Source of the DNA: Piedraia hortae CBS 480.64
Lineage: Eukaryota
Reading direction: 5' to 3'
Length of the DNA stretch: 59,273 nt
NCBI GenBank assembly: GCA_010093745.1
Contig: MU005971.1
Location: forward strand, 248,128-307,400
Below, piece by piece: positions 35,651 through 45,888 of the stretch (the stretch's first letter is position 1; the number at the start of each line of letters is the position of its first letter). A program made the position numbers and the translations under genes. The notes under the pieces were generated by a model. The model worked only from the letters and a program-made list of their open reading frames with translations. It did not search any database and was not told the origin of the DNA.

Positions 35651-37012
35651 ATGACCTCATTGTTATTTTCGGCCGAGGTTCAACGTCCACAAAGAAAGCA
35701 TAGACTAGAAAAAGAGACCAATGCCGAAATAGAAACTATACCTCCTGTGACCATGTCTGCCCAAATGCCCTCCAACGTGAACACGCGCTACTTCCCCATC
35801 AGCTACTCCAGCGGCTGGTCCCAATGGTGGAACAATCTCACTCCTGCAGTAACAGAACACCGAGTCCTCTCCCTAATCCCCTACCTCCGCTCCCACGCAC
35901 CAACACATACCCAAACCTCCCTCCCGGAGGGTACATCCCCCATCGGGGACGGCCACGTCGAACCCGTATCCACAACCGACCCCTACGGCAACCGCACCTG
36001 GCGCAGCGAACTCGTTCCCCTAAGCGGCGAGAACCGCTACCTCAACGAATTCAGCATTTCACGTAGCCCAGCTTCCCCGGAGGGCTCCCCAGAGGGCCTT
36101 CCTGACGGGAGCAAACACGATCTTGTTATGCTTCACGGCTACGGTGCCGGCCTAGGCTTCTTCTACAAAAACCTCGAGCCCCTCTCCCGCCGCAAGGCAT
36201 GGAATCTCTACGCCCTCGACCTTTTAGGGATGGGGAGGAGTAGTCGCCCCCCATTCAAACTCCACGCAAAGGATAAATCCTCCAAAGTCGTCGAAGCAGA
36301 GGGTTGGTTTGTCGATGCGTTGGAGGAGTGGCGTGCGAAGCGGAAGATAGAGAAGTTTACGCTCCTGGGGCATTCATTGGGAGGGTACCTCGCGGTTGCG
36401 TACGCATTGAAGTATCCCGGACGGTTGGAGAAGTTACTGTTAGTTTCGCCGGTGGGGATCCCGGAGAATCCGTATGCTGTTGCTGAGGCGTTGCCTGACG
36501 GGGCAGGGGCGGGGAGGAATGGAGGGAAGGATGTACCGAAACAGCCTCTTCCGAGATGGTTGACTACGCTGTGGGACGCGAATGTCAGTCCGTTTTCGAT
36601 TGTGAGGCTGTCGGGACCGCTGGGTCCAAGGTTGGTGTCACGGTGGTCGAGGAGACGATTTGCGCATCTGCCGGAACAGGAGGCTGATGCGTTGCATGAT
36701 TATGCGTATTCGTTGTTTAGACAGAGAGGGAGTGGGGAATATGCTCTCGCTTATATCCTTGCTCCCGGTGCATACGCCCGTGAGCCGTTGTTGGGGAGGT
36801 TTAAGGGACTAAATGTGCCGGTGCATTTTTTGTACGGGGATAGGGATTGGATGGATGTTAATGCCGGAAGGGAGGCGGCGAGGGTGGTGAGGGAGAATGG
36901 GGGAAAGGCGGATGTTACGGTTGTGAAGGATGCGGGTCATCATGTTTATTTGGATGGGTTTGATGAGTTTAATGCGATTGTGGGGAGGGAGTTGGAGGGG
37001 ATAGAGGGGTGA
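35651..37012 (+). CDS. Alpha/beta hydrolase of the ABHD4/5 (Cld1/Ict1) family
   Basis: LHGYGAG, DLLGMGRSSRP, nucleophile GHSLGG, YGDRDWMD and HHVYLD (HX4D). Start uncertain (35651 or 35753). Confidence 0.88.
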   Translation: MTSLLFSAEVQRPQRKHRLEKETNAEIETIPPVTMSAQMPSNVNTRYFPISYSSGWSQWWNNLTPAVTEHRVLSLIPYLRSHAPTHTQTSLPEGTSPIGDGHVEPVSTTDPYGNRTWRSELVPLSGENRYLNEFSISRSPASPEGSPEGLPDGSKHDLVMLHGYGAGLGFFYKNLEPLSRRKAWNLYALDLLGMGRSSRPPFKLHAKDKSSKVVEAEGWFVDALEEWRAKRKIEKFTLLGHSLGGYLAVAYALKYPGRLEKLLLVSPVGIPENPYAVAEALPDGAGAGRNGGKDVPKQPLPRWLTTLWDANVSPFSIVRLSGPLGPRLVSRWSRRRFAHLPEQEADALHDYAYSLFRQRGSGEYALAYILAPGAYAREPLLGRFKGLNVPVHFLYGDRDWMDVNAGREAARVVRENGGKADVTVVKDAGHHVYLDGFDEFNAIVGRELEGIEG

Positions 37013-37318
37013 CCAAACAAACATACAGCGGTATTTGCTACGAATGCATAATGACGTGCGTTATTGATCGTCACTCGGTGGCCGGTTTGCCACTGGGGCC
37101 AACCAATGCTGGTGGAAGGTTTTCAGGGAAGCCTATCGGAGAATTACCGCCCCTGCCGGCATTATGCCTGTCAAAGTTTTGCCCCAAACTCTATGCGCAA
37201 TGACACACACAAGCGTCCACTTTCGGAGCACTCGATCAACTGTCAGGATTCACTTCGAAGAAAAACTGTTAATATTATCATCTATGCTCATCCCTCGTCA
37301 TAATCGCTATTAGTCCAT

Positions 37319-38527
37319 CTATTTGTCTGGTTCCGTATCATAACGATAGCAGAATGGTCCGCTAAACGTGTCCATTACGTCTCCGAACCGGATAGGGTCA
37401 GCCACGAAGCCAAACGGCAGCATATCGTCGAGCGTCATGGGGGCCGACGGCGGTGAATTGCCCAGCGTCGAAGTACCACTGATGGCGTTCTGACGACGAT
37501 AAATGTCCAGGTACTGCCACACAGTCCACTCCCGGTCAATCATGCCGTGATGCAGCCAGAAAACAGGGTCGTTGGGGCTAGAGTGAAAGTCCATGAGAGA
37601 CCCCGCTCCGCCAGCCTGCCAGTGTCCGCCACCGTGAAGACCAAACTTGTCCGTACCGCCGTAGCCCTGAGTGCGGTCCTGCAAGGTGCCAATGTAGATA
37701 TTGTCAAGGACCGTCTCCGTGAGGTTCGTGAACGTAGTATAACGAGTAGAGAACCACGGGTTCCAGTCGCGGATGAGGCAGCGAGGGTTGTCCTGGAAAG
37801 GCGTGTCCACGTTCTTCAGATTTGGTGCATCAAGCGGGCCGAGATGGATCGTGTGCGTGGAAAATGGGCCAGATGTGACGCAGCCACCACCCGTGCCGGG
37901 CGGAAAGGTCACGTCCTGCGCCGCGAGCCATGTGTCTTTACGGCCGGCCACGTACTTGCCGTTGCTGCCCATGCTGTACGCATCACCGGTGAAGAGCGGG
38001 CTGTCCTGCGGCGCCTTGGCATCGAGAGCCCAGTTCCAATAAGGCATGCTGCCCGTGTAGCCGCACAGATTCTGAAGATCCTGCTCCATCAAGTAGGTAA
38101 AGGTACGGTGCCATGCGAAGAAGTTTGCTGTGTCGTGGATGTTGAGAGTGTAATTTATGTGCGTCGCAACATACTCGTCGTACCGAGACTTGACTCCCGG
38201 ATACGATGACTTCTCAGAGTCCTTCATACGCCGCGGAGCCATACGCTGCAAGCAGGCAACTGCGTCCGTGAAGCTCTTGCGCGTGTCCTTGTCAAGAGTA
38301 CGCCACTCCTTGCGCACGGAAGCATTGTTGTATGTGCAGCCCGAGTTTCTTTGGTTGAGGACGTTTACCATGTTCTCGTTGGCGATCTCAGAAACGTTTC
38401 GCCATGCGCGGCCATCGGCGATCTGGTTGGGAGTGTAATCAGATGTCTTGGGTGCCTGTGCTCCAGAGACCCCAACCTGAGCTGCCACCAGGGTGGTAAG
38501 AAGACTGGTAGCGAGAGCGAAATGCAT
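37319..38527 (-). CDS. Secreted short tyrosinase/catechol oxidase (di-copper centre)
   Basis: Signal peptide, VRKEWRTL, CuA histidines (VATH, NIH, FFAWHR) and CuB histidines (LHGGGH, SPNDPVFWLHH). No C-terminal shielding domain. Confidence 0.92.
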   Translation of the reverse strand: MHFALATSLLTTLVAAQVGVSGAQAPKTSDYTPNQIADGRAWRNVSEIANENMVNVLNQRNSGCTYNNASVRKEWRTLDKDTRKSFTDAVACLQRMAPRRMKDSEKSSYPGVKSRYDEYVATHINYTLNIHDTANFFAWHRTFTYLMEQDLQNLCGYTGSMPYWNWALDAKAPQDSPLFTGDAYSMGSNGKYVAGRKDTWLAAQDVTFPPGTGGGCVTSGPFSTHTIHLGPLDAPNLKNVDTPFQDNPRCLIRDWNPWFSTRYTTFTNLTETVLDNIYIGTLQDRTQGYGGTDKFGLHGGGHWQAGGAGSLMDFHSSPNDPVFWLHHGMIDREWTVWQYLDIYRRQNAISGTSTLGNSPPSAPMTLDDMLPFGFVADPIRFGDVMDTFSGPFCYRYDTEPDK

Positions 38528-39484
38528 ATTGAACTGCGGAGGAGAAGCGGAAAGGTAGGATGAATTAGGAAGGGAGAAGTTAGGATGGATGATGAAGAGG
38601 TGTTGAGGGAAGCCGGAGAGTTTTATAGGAAGTCAAGAAGTTTTATCCGCAACATAAAGAGATTCGCGTCTATTTTAAGACGCAGGTGTGTCGGCGGTGA
38701 ATGGCCTCCTGCCGGGGTGGTGGGGTGGGGGGGAGACCCTGGTCGACGGCAGCGGCGCGTGCGATCACCGGGGTTCATTTGCGATTGATTGAGGGGTAGT
38801 GACGCGTATGTGACACCCAATAACTGTGCGCATTTGCGGTGGCCGCATTATTGACAGGTAGCCATCACCCAGAGCCGCCCGGGTGCCTGTCGATCGCTGT
38901 CGGAAACCGCCGGGTCCCACAACCGTCATGGCCTGTTTTTAGGCCCCTCATCGTCTGTTCCTGCCACTGCTGTCATTATCCTCTGATGGCGTATGCATGT
39001 ACCTTGGTCGGATCAGTTCGCACCCTGCCTCAATCCTGTTCTCCATAGGCTCAACCAGGGTTCCCCACAGATCAGGGCAGCCACGCTGTACAGGCTCAGA
39101 AGTTCGACACCACCACTGCCGGCCGCACATGGAGATGTACGTGTGAAACGTGAGCTGCGGTTTTGTAATGAAACTGACCAGTTGAACGTCTCTGCACAGT
39201 CTCTCCATGGCGCTGTTGTGTGATCTGTTCACCTGCCCTAAGCAGTTAAGCGCCGGCTGTTGGCCAATGCTTGAGCGGAGCAAGAGTCAAGTTGACGGCC
39301 GCACCATCCATCATCATTAGCCATCCAACGTCCAAGACCGCCAGACACACCGTCTGCATAGAATTAGTCAACGTAGTTAATGTTCTTTTGTTCAAACAGC
39401 CTGTTCATTTCCAATCAACGGTCCGTGTCCCCCGCCTCCCGGCCCTCTACTCTCCCTCACCACCAACGCACGACGTGTGTTGCC

Positions 39485-40399
39485 ATGCGCTTGTTCCTTC
39501 TCCCTGTGTCGACACGACGGTCGCTCGTATATTGCGAACGCGCTCGCGCCCCCGTAGCGGCCGATGCCAAGCTACCCGTCACAGAGCGCGCCACGCGTTA
39601 CGCTTCGCAAACTTGGGCCAAGTGGGAATCGGCCGAAAAGGGATGGCAGAAACACGTCACCGTGTACGGCAACCGACTACTGAATCGCATTCCCTATACC
39701 GAGTGGGGCCTCAAAAGTCTGCCTCCTGCAACGGATAAACGGCGGCAGGCCATTGACGACGGCTCGCTGACGGTTGACTGTTTCTATCCGCGCGCTTTCC
39801 TCCCCGGTGGTGCCGATGGCGCGATACCGGCCTTGGAGAAGCTGGCCACGGAGCGCCAAGCCCTCGACCGGCGGCGTCTGTGGTCCTGCGTCTTCTGGAC
39901 TCCCTTTACCATCCCATTCCAAATCGTGCCTGTGCTTCCCAATTTGCCCTTCTACTACGTCGTTTACCGTGCCTACTCCTACTACCGCTCCCTCTACGGC
40001 GGCAAGCTCCTCGAACAGCTGCTGCAGAAGCAGCGTGTCAACATAACAGACAGCCAACTCATGGATAACATGTACGCCGCCGGTCTGCTTCACCCGACAC
40101 GGCCGGTAGCTCGTGAGGCCGAGACTCCTACCGCGGATGAGACGACTAAACTAGTCAAGGATATTGAGCGAAGAAGCAATGCCGGCGAGGAGGTCATGTT
40201 GCTACGGCGGTGGAACGGCAAGCTCATCGCCGAGGCTTTTGGTCTGCCTGAGATGGAAGTGGAGATCGAAAGGGCCGTCGACCAGATCGAAGCCGACCTG
40301 AGGGCAAAGGCAGAGGGGAAGGCGAGAGAGGGGCAGGAAGCAGCGGAAAAGGGGACGGTGGCCAAGACTCCTATGCATGGGCACAAAATAGATAAATAA
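39485..40399 (+). CDS. Mitochondrial K+/H+ exchange-related protein (Mit_KHE1/YDL183C-like)
   Basis: MRLFLLPVSTRRSLVYC, RIPYTEWGLKSLP, PVLPNLPFYYVVYRAYS and EIERAVDQI. Confidence 0.82.
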   Translation: MRLFLLPVSTRRSLVYCERARAPVAADAKLPVTERATRYASQTWAKWESAEKGWQKHVTVYGNRLLNRIPYTEWGLKSLPPATDKRRQAIDDGSLTVDCFYPRAFLPGGADGAIPALEKLATERQALDRRRLWSCVFWTPFTIPFQIVPVLPNLPFYYVVYRAYSYYRSLYGGKLLEQLLQKQRVNITDSQLMDNMYAAGLLHPTRPVAREAETPTADETTKLVKDIERRSNAGEEVMLLRRWNGKLIAEAFGLPEMEVEIERAVDQIEADLRAKAEGKAREGQEAAEKGTVAKTPMHGHKIDK

Positions 40400-40969
40400 T
40401 TGAAGCTGTGATAATATATAACTATTCTGCCAACTGTGAAGACTGCCAGCAACTGACAGCTGATGTCAACATGGCGTCAAAACGTCCCGTATCGGATCAC
40501 GATCCTTCCGGCGTCACTGCCCGCTATGATTACGTATGACGCGTCCCCCAACGATCCTTTTGACCCTGACGGACATCTTCGCTATTGGCTAGGCAATTTG
40601 GTTATAGGTCTCCTTTGTTCATTGTGAATCAACAATACTATGAACCATCCCCAGTCTCTCTTTATTTACCTTTTTTCCTCAACAACCCCCGGGAGCTGCC
40701 GCGTGGTCATACCGCAGTGGCAAATATCACGTATCGCCAAGGCCCGCAGTAGGCAGCTAACTGGGTCCACTGGCTCCGTCTGGCAGAGGCGGAGCAGTTG
40801 TGGGCAACGCGCAAAAACAAAGAGAGGCAAAGTGACGCCGGCCCCACCACCCCCGCCACCCTATTGGTATTGGTATCTCGCAAGTAGGCGTTCCTAGTAT
40901 TGCTTCCCTACCGGGGCCGCAAAGCCCTTGATAGACCTTGTTGGGGCCGCAAGCCATTGATAACCAGTC

Positions 40970-43320
40970 ATGGAACCCGCCCGGCCACCGCTGTCGCGGG
41001 CTGGCAGCGTCTATCATGACGTTGACGACAGCGTCGCCCAGGCCGGCCGCACTCCGACCAACATGTCGGCCCAGGCATCGGTCCAGTCGATGCGCCAGGC
41101 TGCCCGGCCCTCGGTGTTGCGCAAGGAGAACAGCCGACAGCAGCCGCAGACTCAGCCGCTGGACACCAACACTGCGCCTCCAGCAGACACCATCCTCCCA
41201 GCGTCACGAAGTAGCGATGAGAGCGGTGCCAGCGGTGCCAGCGGACGCACACCGGCGGCTTCGGCCCTCGCCGCCGAGATGGCTGTCCCTGGTCCATCTA
41301 CTCCGGTGCCGCAACCTGGCGAGATGCAGCAGCCATACCTCTATCGTCCCTATTCTTCCGCAAATCCATCTACCCTCAGTCTGAACAGAGTAAACACGCC
41401 ACGGTCGGTGCGAGATCTCGGGTCAGACTACACCCGTTATTACAATCCCTTTGCCTCAAGAAATGCGTCCCAGCAGGACCTTGGCACACCTTTCCCACGC
41501 AACGATTCCTCCACCCAATTAATGGCGACGGACTTGCAGCAAAGGCTGTCTAGCCCGTTTGGTGATAGTCGAAGAGTATCAGTGATGTCTGTATTGCCCT
41601 CTCCGGGCCCTCAAATGCACCCTGGGCAGCCCACGGCGCCATCTTCGGGCACCGATCCGCCGCAATTCGGTCACAACGTCGATCCAGAGAAGGCTGCGTT
41701 TGCTCCATACATGGATGATCGGTTAGGCGCTCCCGAGTATGGATTTCCCCTCTTCTCAGATGAAAAGGAAGACGACGACGACTTGCATATGCCCCAGTGG
41801 GACGATGACAAGAAATTGAAGCCACGCTTCCAAGACCATTTTACCCGGGCAAATATCGTTAACACGGTTGGCCTGGTGGTGATGATTCTTGGCTTGTTGT
41901 GCGTCTTTGTAGTTCTTCCCGTCATCTCTTATACCGGCACGAGCATCCTGAGCTATGGCTATGAGACTCCCATGAGCCAGATGCCCAAGGGCCCTCAGCC
42001 TGAAGCTTGGGCAACCGTCAACAACAAAACATATCCTTTAATGTCAAATATCCGGCGGTCTCTCATTGATCCTGACACACCGTCAAATGCAAAGACGCGA
42101 AAGGGTGTCAACGGGGATGTCTTTAATCTCGTGTTCAGCGACGAGTTCAACGACAAGAATCGTACCTTTTATCCGGGCGATGATCCGTACTGGTTCGGCC
42201 TGGACGGTTGGTATGGTGCCACGCAGGATCTTGAGTGGTACGATCCAGACGCTGTCACTACGGGTATGTTTTCTGCCACCATCGCACCCTCCTTGCTGAC
42301 ATTTTAGGTGATGGGACTCTGCTGATCCAGCTCGACAAGTTCCCCAGCCACGGCTTGGAATACCGCTCGGGGATGCTGAACTCCTGGAACCAGCTGTGTT
42401 TCAAAGGCGGCATCTTCGAAGTCTCCATGTCCTTACCCGGTCCTGCCGGCGTCCACGGCTGGTGGCCCGGCGTATGGACGATGGGCAATCTCGGCCGACC
42501 AGGCTACCTCGCCACAACAGACGGCATGTGGCCCTACACCTACGACAGCTGCGACGTAGGTATTACACCAAACCAATCCTCTCATGACGGGCTCTCGAAC
42601 CTCCCTGGGCAACGTCTCTCATCGTGCACGTGCCCGGGAGAGGACCATCCCACACCAGGAAAAGGACGGGGCGCACCCGAGATCGACATTGCCGAGGTGT
42701 CAGCCGACTGGGCCGGTTCAGGCTGGGGCGTAGCAACGCAAAGCTTCCAAGTCGCGCCCTTCGATGTCTGGTGGATGCCCAATTATGAATTCATGGAAAC
42801 CCCCAAATACCAATACTCCTTTGTAAACACCTACACCGGCGGCCCATACCAACAAGCCATCAGCACAACCAGCATGCTCAACAACGACTGGTACGATGGC
42901 AAAGAATACCAAAAATACGCCTTCGAGTACGCCCCCGGCGGAACTGCAGACTCCTACATCGCCTGGACGATCGGCAACGACGAAATGATGAAATTCGACG
43001 CCCGCGCTATCGGTCCAAACGGAAATATCAAACAACGCTACGTCAGTGAAGAGCCTATGAGCATGGTTATCAACTTCGGGTTCAGTAATAACTGGGTCTT
43101 GATTAATTGGACGGCACTCCACTGGCCTGCTGTGCTAAGAGTTGACTATATCCGACTTTATCAGAAAGAGGGGCAAGAGTCGGTTACGTGTGATCCTCCG
43201 GGGTATGAGACGACGGAGTATATCAAGAATCATCCAAAGGCATATAGGAACCCGAATGTGACGAAGTGGGAGGATGCGGGGTATAAGTGGCCCAAGAATT
43301 CGTTTATGCATGGGTGTTGA
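40970..43320 (+). CDS. KRE6: Kre6/Skn1 beta-1,6-glucan synthesis protein (GH16, type II membrane)
   Basis: EDDDDLH, one TM helix, LIDPDTP, LVFSDEFN and ATQDLEWY. A 44-nt intron 42264-42307, then YRSGMLNSWNQLCF, GRGAPEIDIAE and VDYIRLYQ. Confidence 0.93.
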
Positions 43321-44377
43321 TGTTTGATCATTTGAGGGAAAGGGAAGTGGGGGTGTTTGGTTACTTTATGTGGACATGATGGGAATGGGTTGGGGATACT
43401 TAGATTACATATTGTTTTAAATGGGCATGTACTGTGATGCATTTGGGAGAAGCTTCGTCTGATTAGTTTTGGGGAGGGTAGTTTATTTGGTGTGGGTTGC
43501 TTGGCTTCATCATAATAGTCCTTGGCCTCCTCCTTTGCTCGAGTTGGAACGATGGAATACTCACCCAACGGGCGGGTTCAACGGTTGCCCTTGCTGGATT
43601 GTGAGGGTTTCTGTAATAGGTGGGAAGGTGATATGTACTGGGGGAATGTTGACTATATCAGATCGACTACTGATTGCGATAATTTGGAGAGAAGTAACTG
43701 CAAGGGATTGTATCTATCGAAGTTGGTGGGGAAGTTGATAGTGGGGGATGGATGATTGAGTGGACCATTGAATACTGTATATTGCTGGGTTTTTTAGGGT
43801 GGGGTTTGTTGGTTCCGGAATTCGTCTGTGGATGAGATGATTGGAGTTGAATGAGTCTTGGGAATTTGTCTCCTATGGTGAAGACTTAGCGATCGTTGAG
43901 GGATGTTTGTGAATTAGAACCTCCCGAGAATCGTTGACAAGTTGTTACTGATTCATGGGATGTGAAGGGTTGTTCCGGGCTGGGGAAGGAGAGAATTCCG
44001 GGTGGCCTTGATGGAGTGGGGTATGCAGGTATTCATTGGTTTGGATGGGAAGGTTAACTTATGTCGGAGAAGGTTGTCAAACTGCGTTGACGACTTTCAA
44101 TGTCCTCACAAATTGGCTGGCATGGGAAGAGCATACCATTTGTGAATGGACAGTAGAATCGAAGCTGAAAGTGAATGATCCAAATGACATGACGGGATGA
44201 GTTAAGTGAGTTGCTAATATCATAGCAACCACATCCTCCAGGCAGGCCGCCATGAATATCAAACGATGGCTTCCGTTTGCCTTGCCACGGATCGACATGA
44301 AAGAGCAAACTATCCCATTCTTGTGAAACCTTGGAGGATCAGCAATTCTTCAAATTACAATATTCGTGGTTGATGAA

Positions 44378-45182
44378 CAAGGTGATTATTCGGAACCCCT
44401 CCCCCCCTCATCGGCCAATCATGTTTGATCACCACACTTAAGGACCCCGGCTTCACACTTCACGTATCTTCTATGCTATCTCACTACTGCCCATGTATCA
44501 GCAATTGAGCCAATGTCAGATCACCATCGTCGTGCCTTGGTGGCATCATTCCATGCCCTGTAGGTCCAGTGCAGTCGCCAACCGAGAGGCGAGCGCTGCC
44601 TCGATCTATCGTGCGATCTTCTCGACGAGGGTGGGCTGCCTTGACCTGGGATTGTTTGTTCTTTGACGTTCGTTTGCAGGGTCAAGCCCTTCGCACGGCG
44701 TAAGAGCAACCGGGTGCAGGTTGCATACAAGGTATCAAGCGCGGGTATCATCTCCCAAGGCCGTTTTGACGCATCGAATGCATCGGGAACCACACCCTGG
44801 CTTGAAGAAGATTGCTGTTGGTTAGCTTGAGCGGAAGACATTATAACATTGTTGTCAGTGAAGTGATGGTATGTAGGAAAAGCGAAAGTAGTGACTGGGC
44901 TGCTATCTACGAAGCTGTTACATGCTAGGCTTCTTGTCCTGGCGAGTGTTTCACTGGATCCAGACGCTACAGATCTGGAGCTTATTACTGCACAGATAGC
45001 TCTCGACCCATAGTGGGTGGTTAATCGGATCTTGGATAGTCATATAAGCCATTCACAACAGGCGGCGCAATGAAAGCATGTGGCTCTACAAAGTTGCGCG
45101 GAGGCTAAGGTGTGGCGCTCAAACATGATTGGCCAACGAGGGGGGGTGTATGGGGGGAAGGGGGGTCCGACTAATCACCTTG
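44378..45182. mobile_element. Non-autonomous Mutator-like (MULE) element, 805 bp
   Basis: Imperfect TIRs of about 65-75 bp (CAAGGTGATTATTCGGAACCCC...GGGGTCCGACTAATCACCTTG) and a perfect 9-bp TSD GTTGATGAA (44369-77 and 45183-91). Confidence 0.85.
44521..44841 (-). CDS. 106-aa ORF inside the MULE-like element (transposase N-terminal remnant or captured fragment)
   Basis: ATG-initiated ORF lying wholly between the TIRs. No family is recognised with certainty. Confidence 0.3.
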   Translation of the reverse strand: MSSAQANQQQSSSSQGVVPDAFDASKRPWEMIPALDTLYATCTRLLLRRAKGLTLQTNVKEQTIPGQGSPPSSRRSHDRSRQRSPLGWRLHWTYRAWNDATKARRW

Positions 45183-45888
45183 GTTGATGAAAAGCAATTA
45201 TACCATCTGCTTACGACGGGCATCGGGACAAGTCCGCCCCTGCTAGTTAAAGTTGTCGTCTTGCAGAAAACGATACAGACGTGCCTGCATGTTATGCAGA
45301 GGTTCGTCCGTTGAGACCTCAATTTTCCGAGTATCCTACATCCTGACAGCTGCTAACGTCACAAGAGTCGTACAAGCGATTACATATCACACACATGCAC
45401 GGCATAGGCATAGGCAGCCTCGGCTCTGGGATCCTCAGTGGTCCTGGATGGCCACGCTGGTTTCCTCTATGCCGGGATTATTCGGCTACATGCATCAGCA
45501 TCGTGTGGATCCCCGCATGGGCGACCCAGCGTGGAGGTGAAGGCCCGCACCGTCACTGCAGCCATCCCGACCTTGTGGCTTGTTGTCGGGGGGGGGGGTA
45601 GTTGATGGGTGACAGGCTGACCTGGAGCCAACACGCGTTTAATGGCGGGTGCATGGGGCTGCTAATCAGCGGGTCTAGTGCACGCCTCAGCTACTACGTC
45701 GGGCAAGGATAACAGTAAGTTTTTTTGTTCTTTGCATTTCATTTGCATTTCCATTTCTTTCCAAGAGCATTTGCATCGTTTCATTTTTTTCTCTCTTCCA
45801 TCCCTTTGCTGCACGGGCCCGGCCAATCTGGCGCCACCGCTGCAGCCGCAACGTGTGAGAGAATTTCCACAAACGTTCCGCCCATGAG

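Noticed and set aside
38714..40860. Shared CCCCACCACCCC motif upstream of tyrosinase and KRE6 (CreA-like or G4)
   Set aside because: A low-complexity motif in a window rich in C/G runs.
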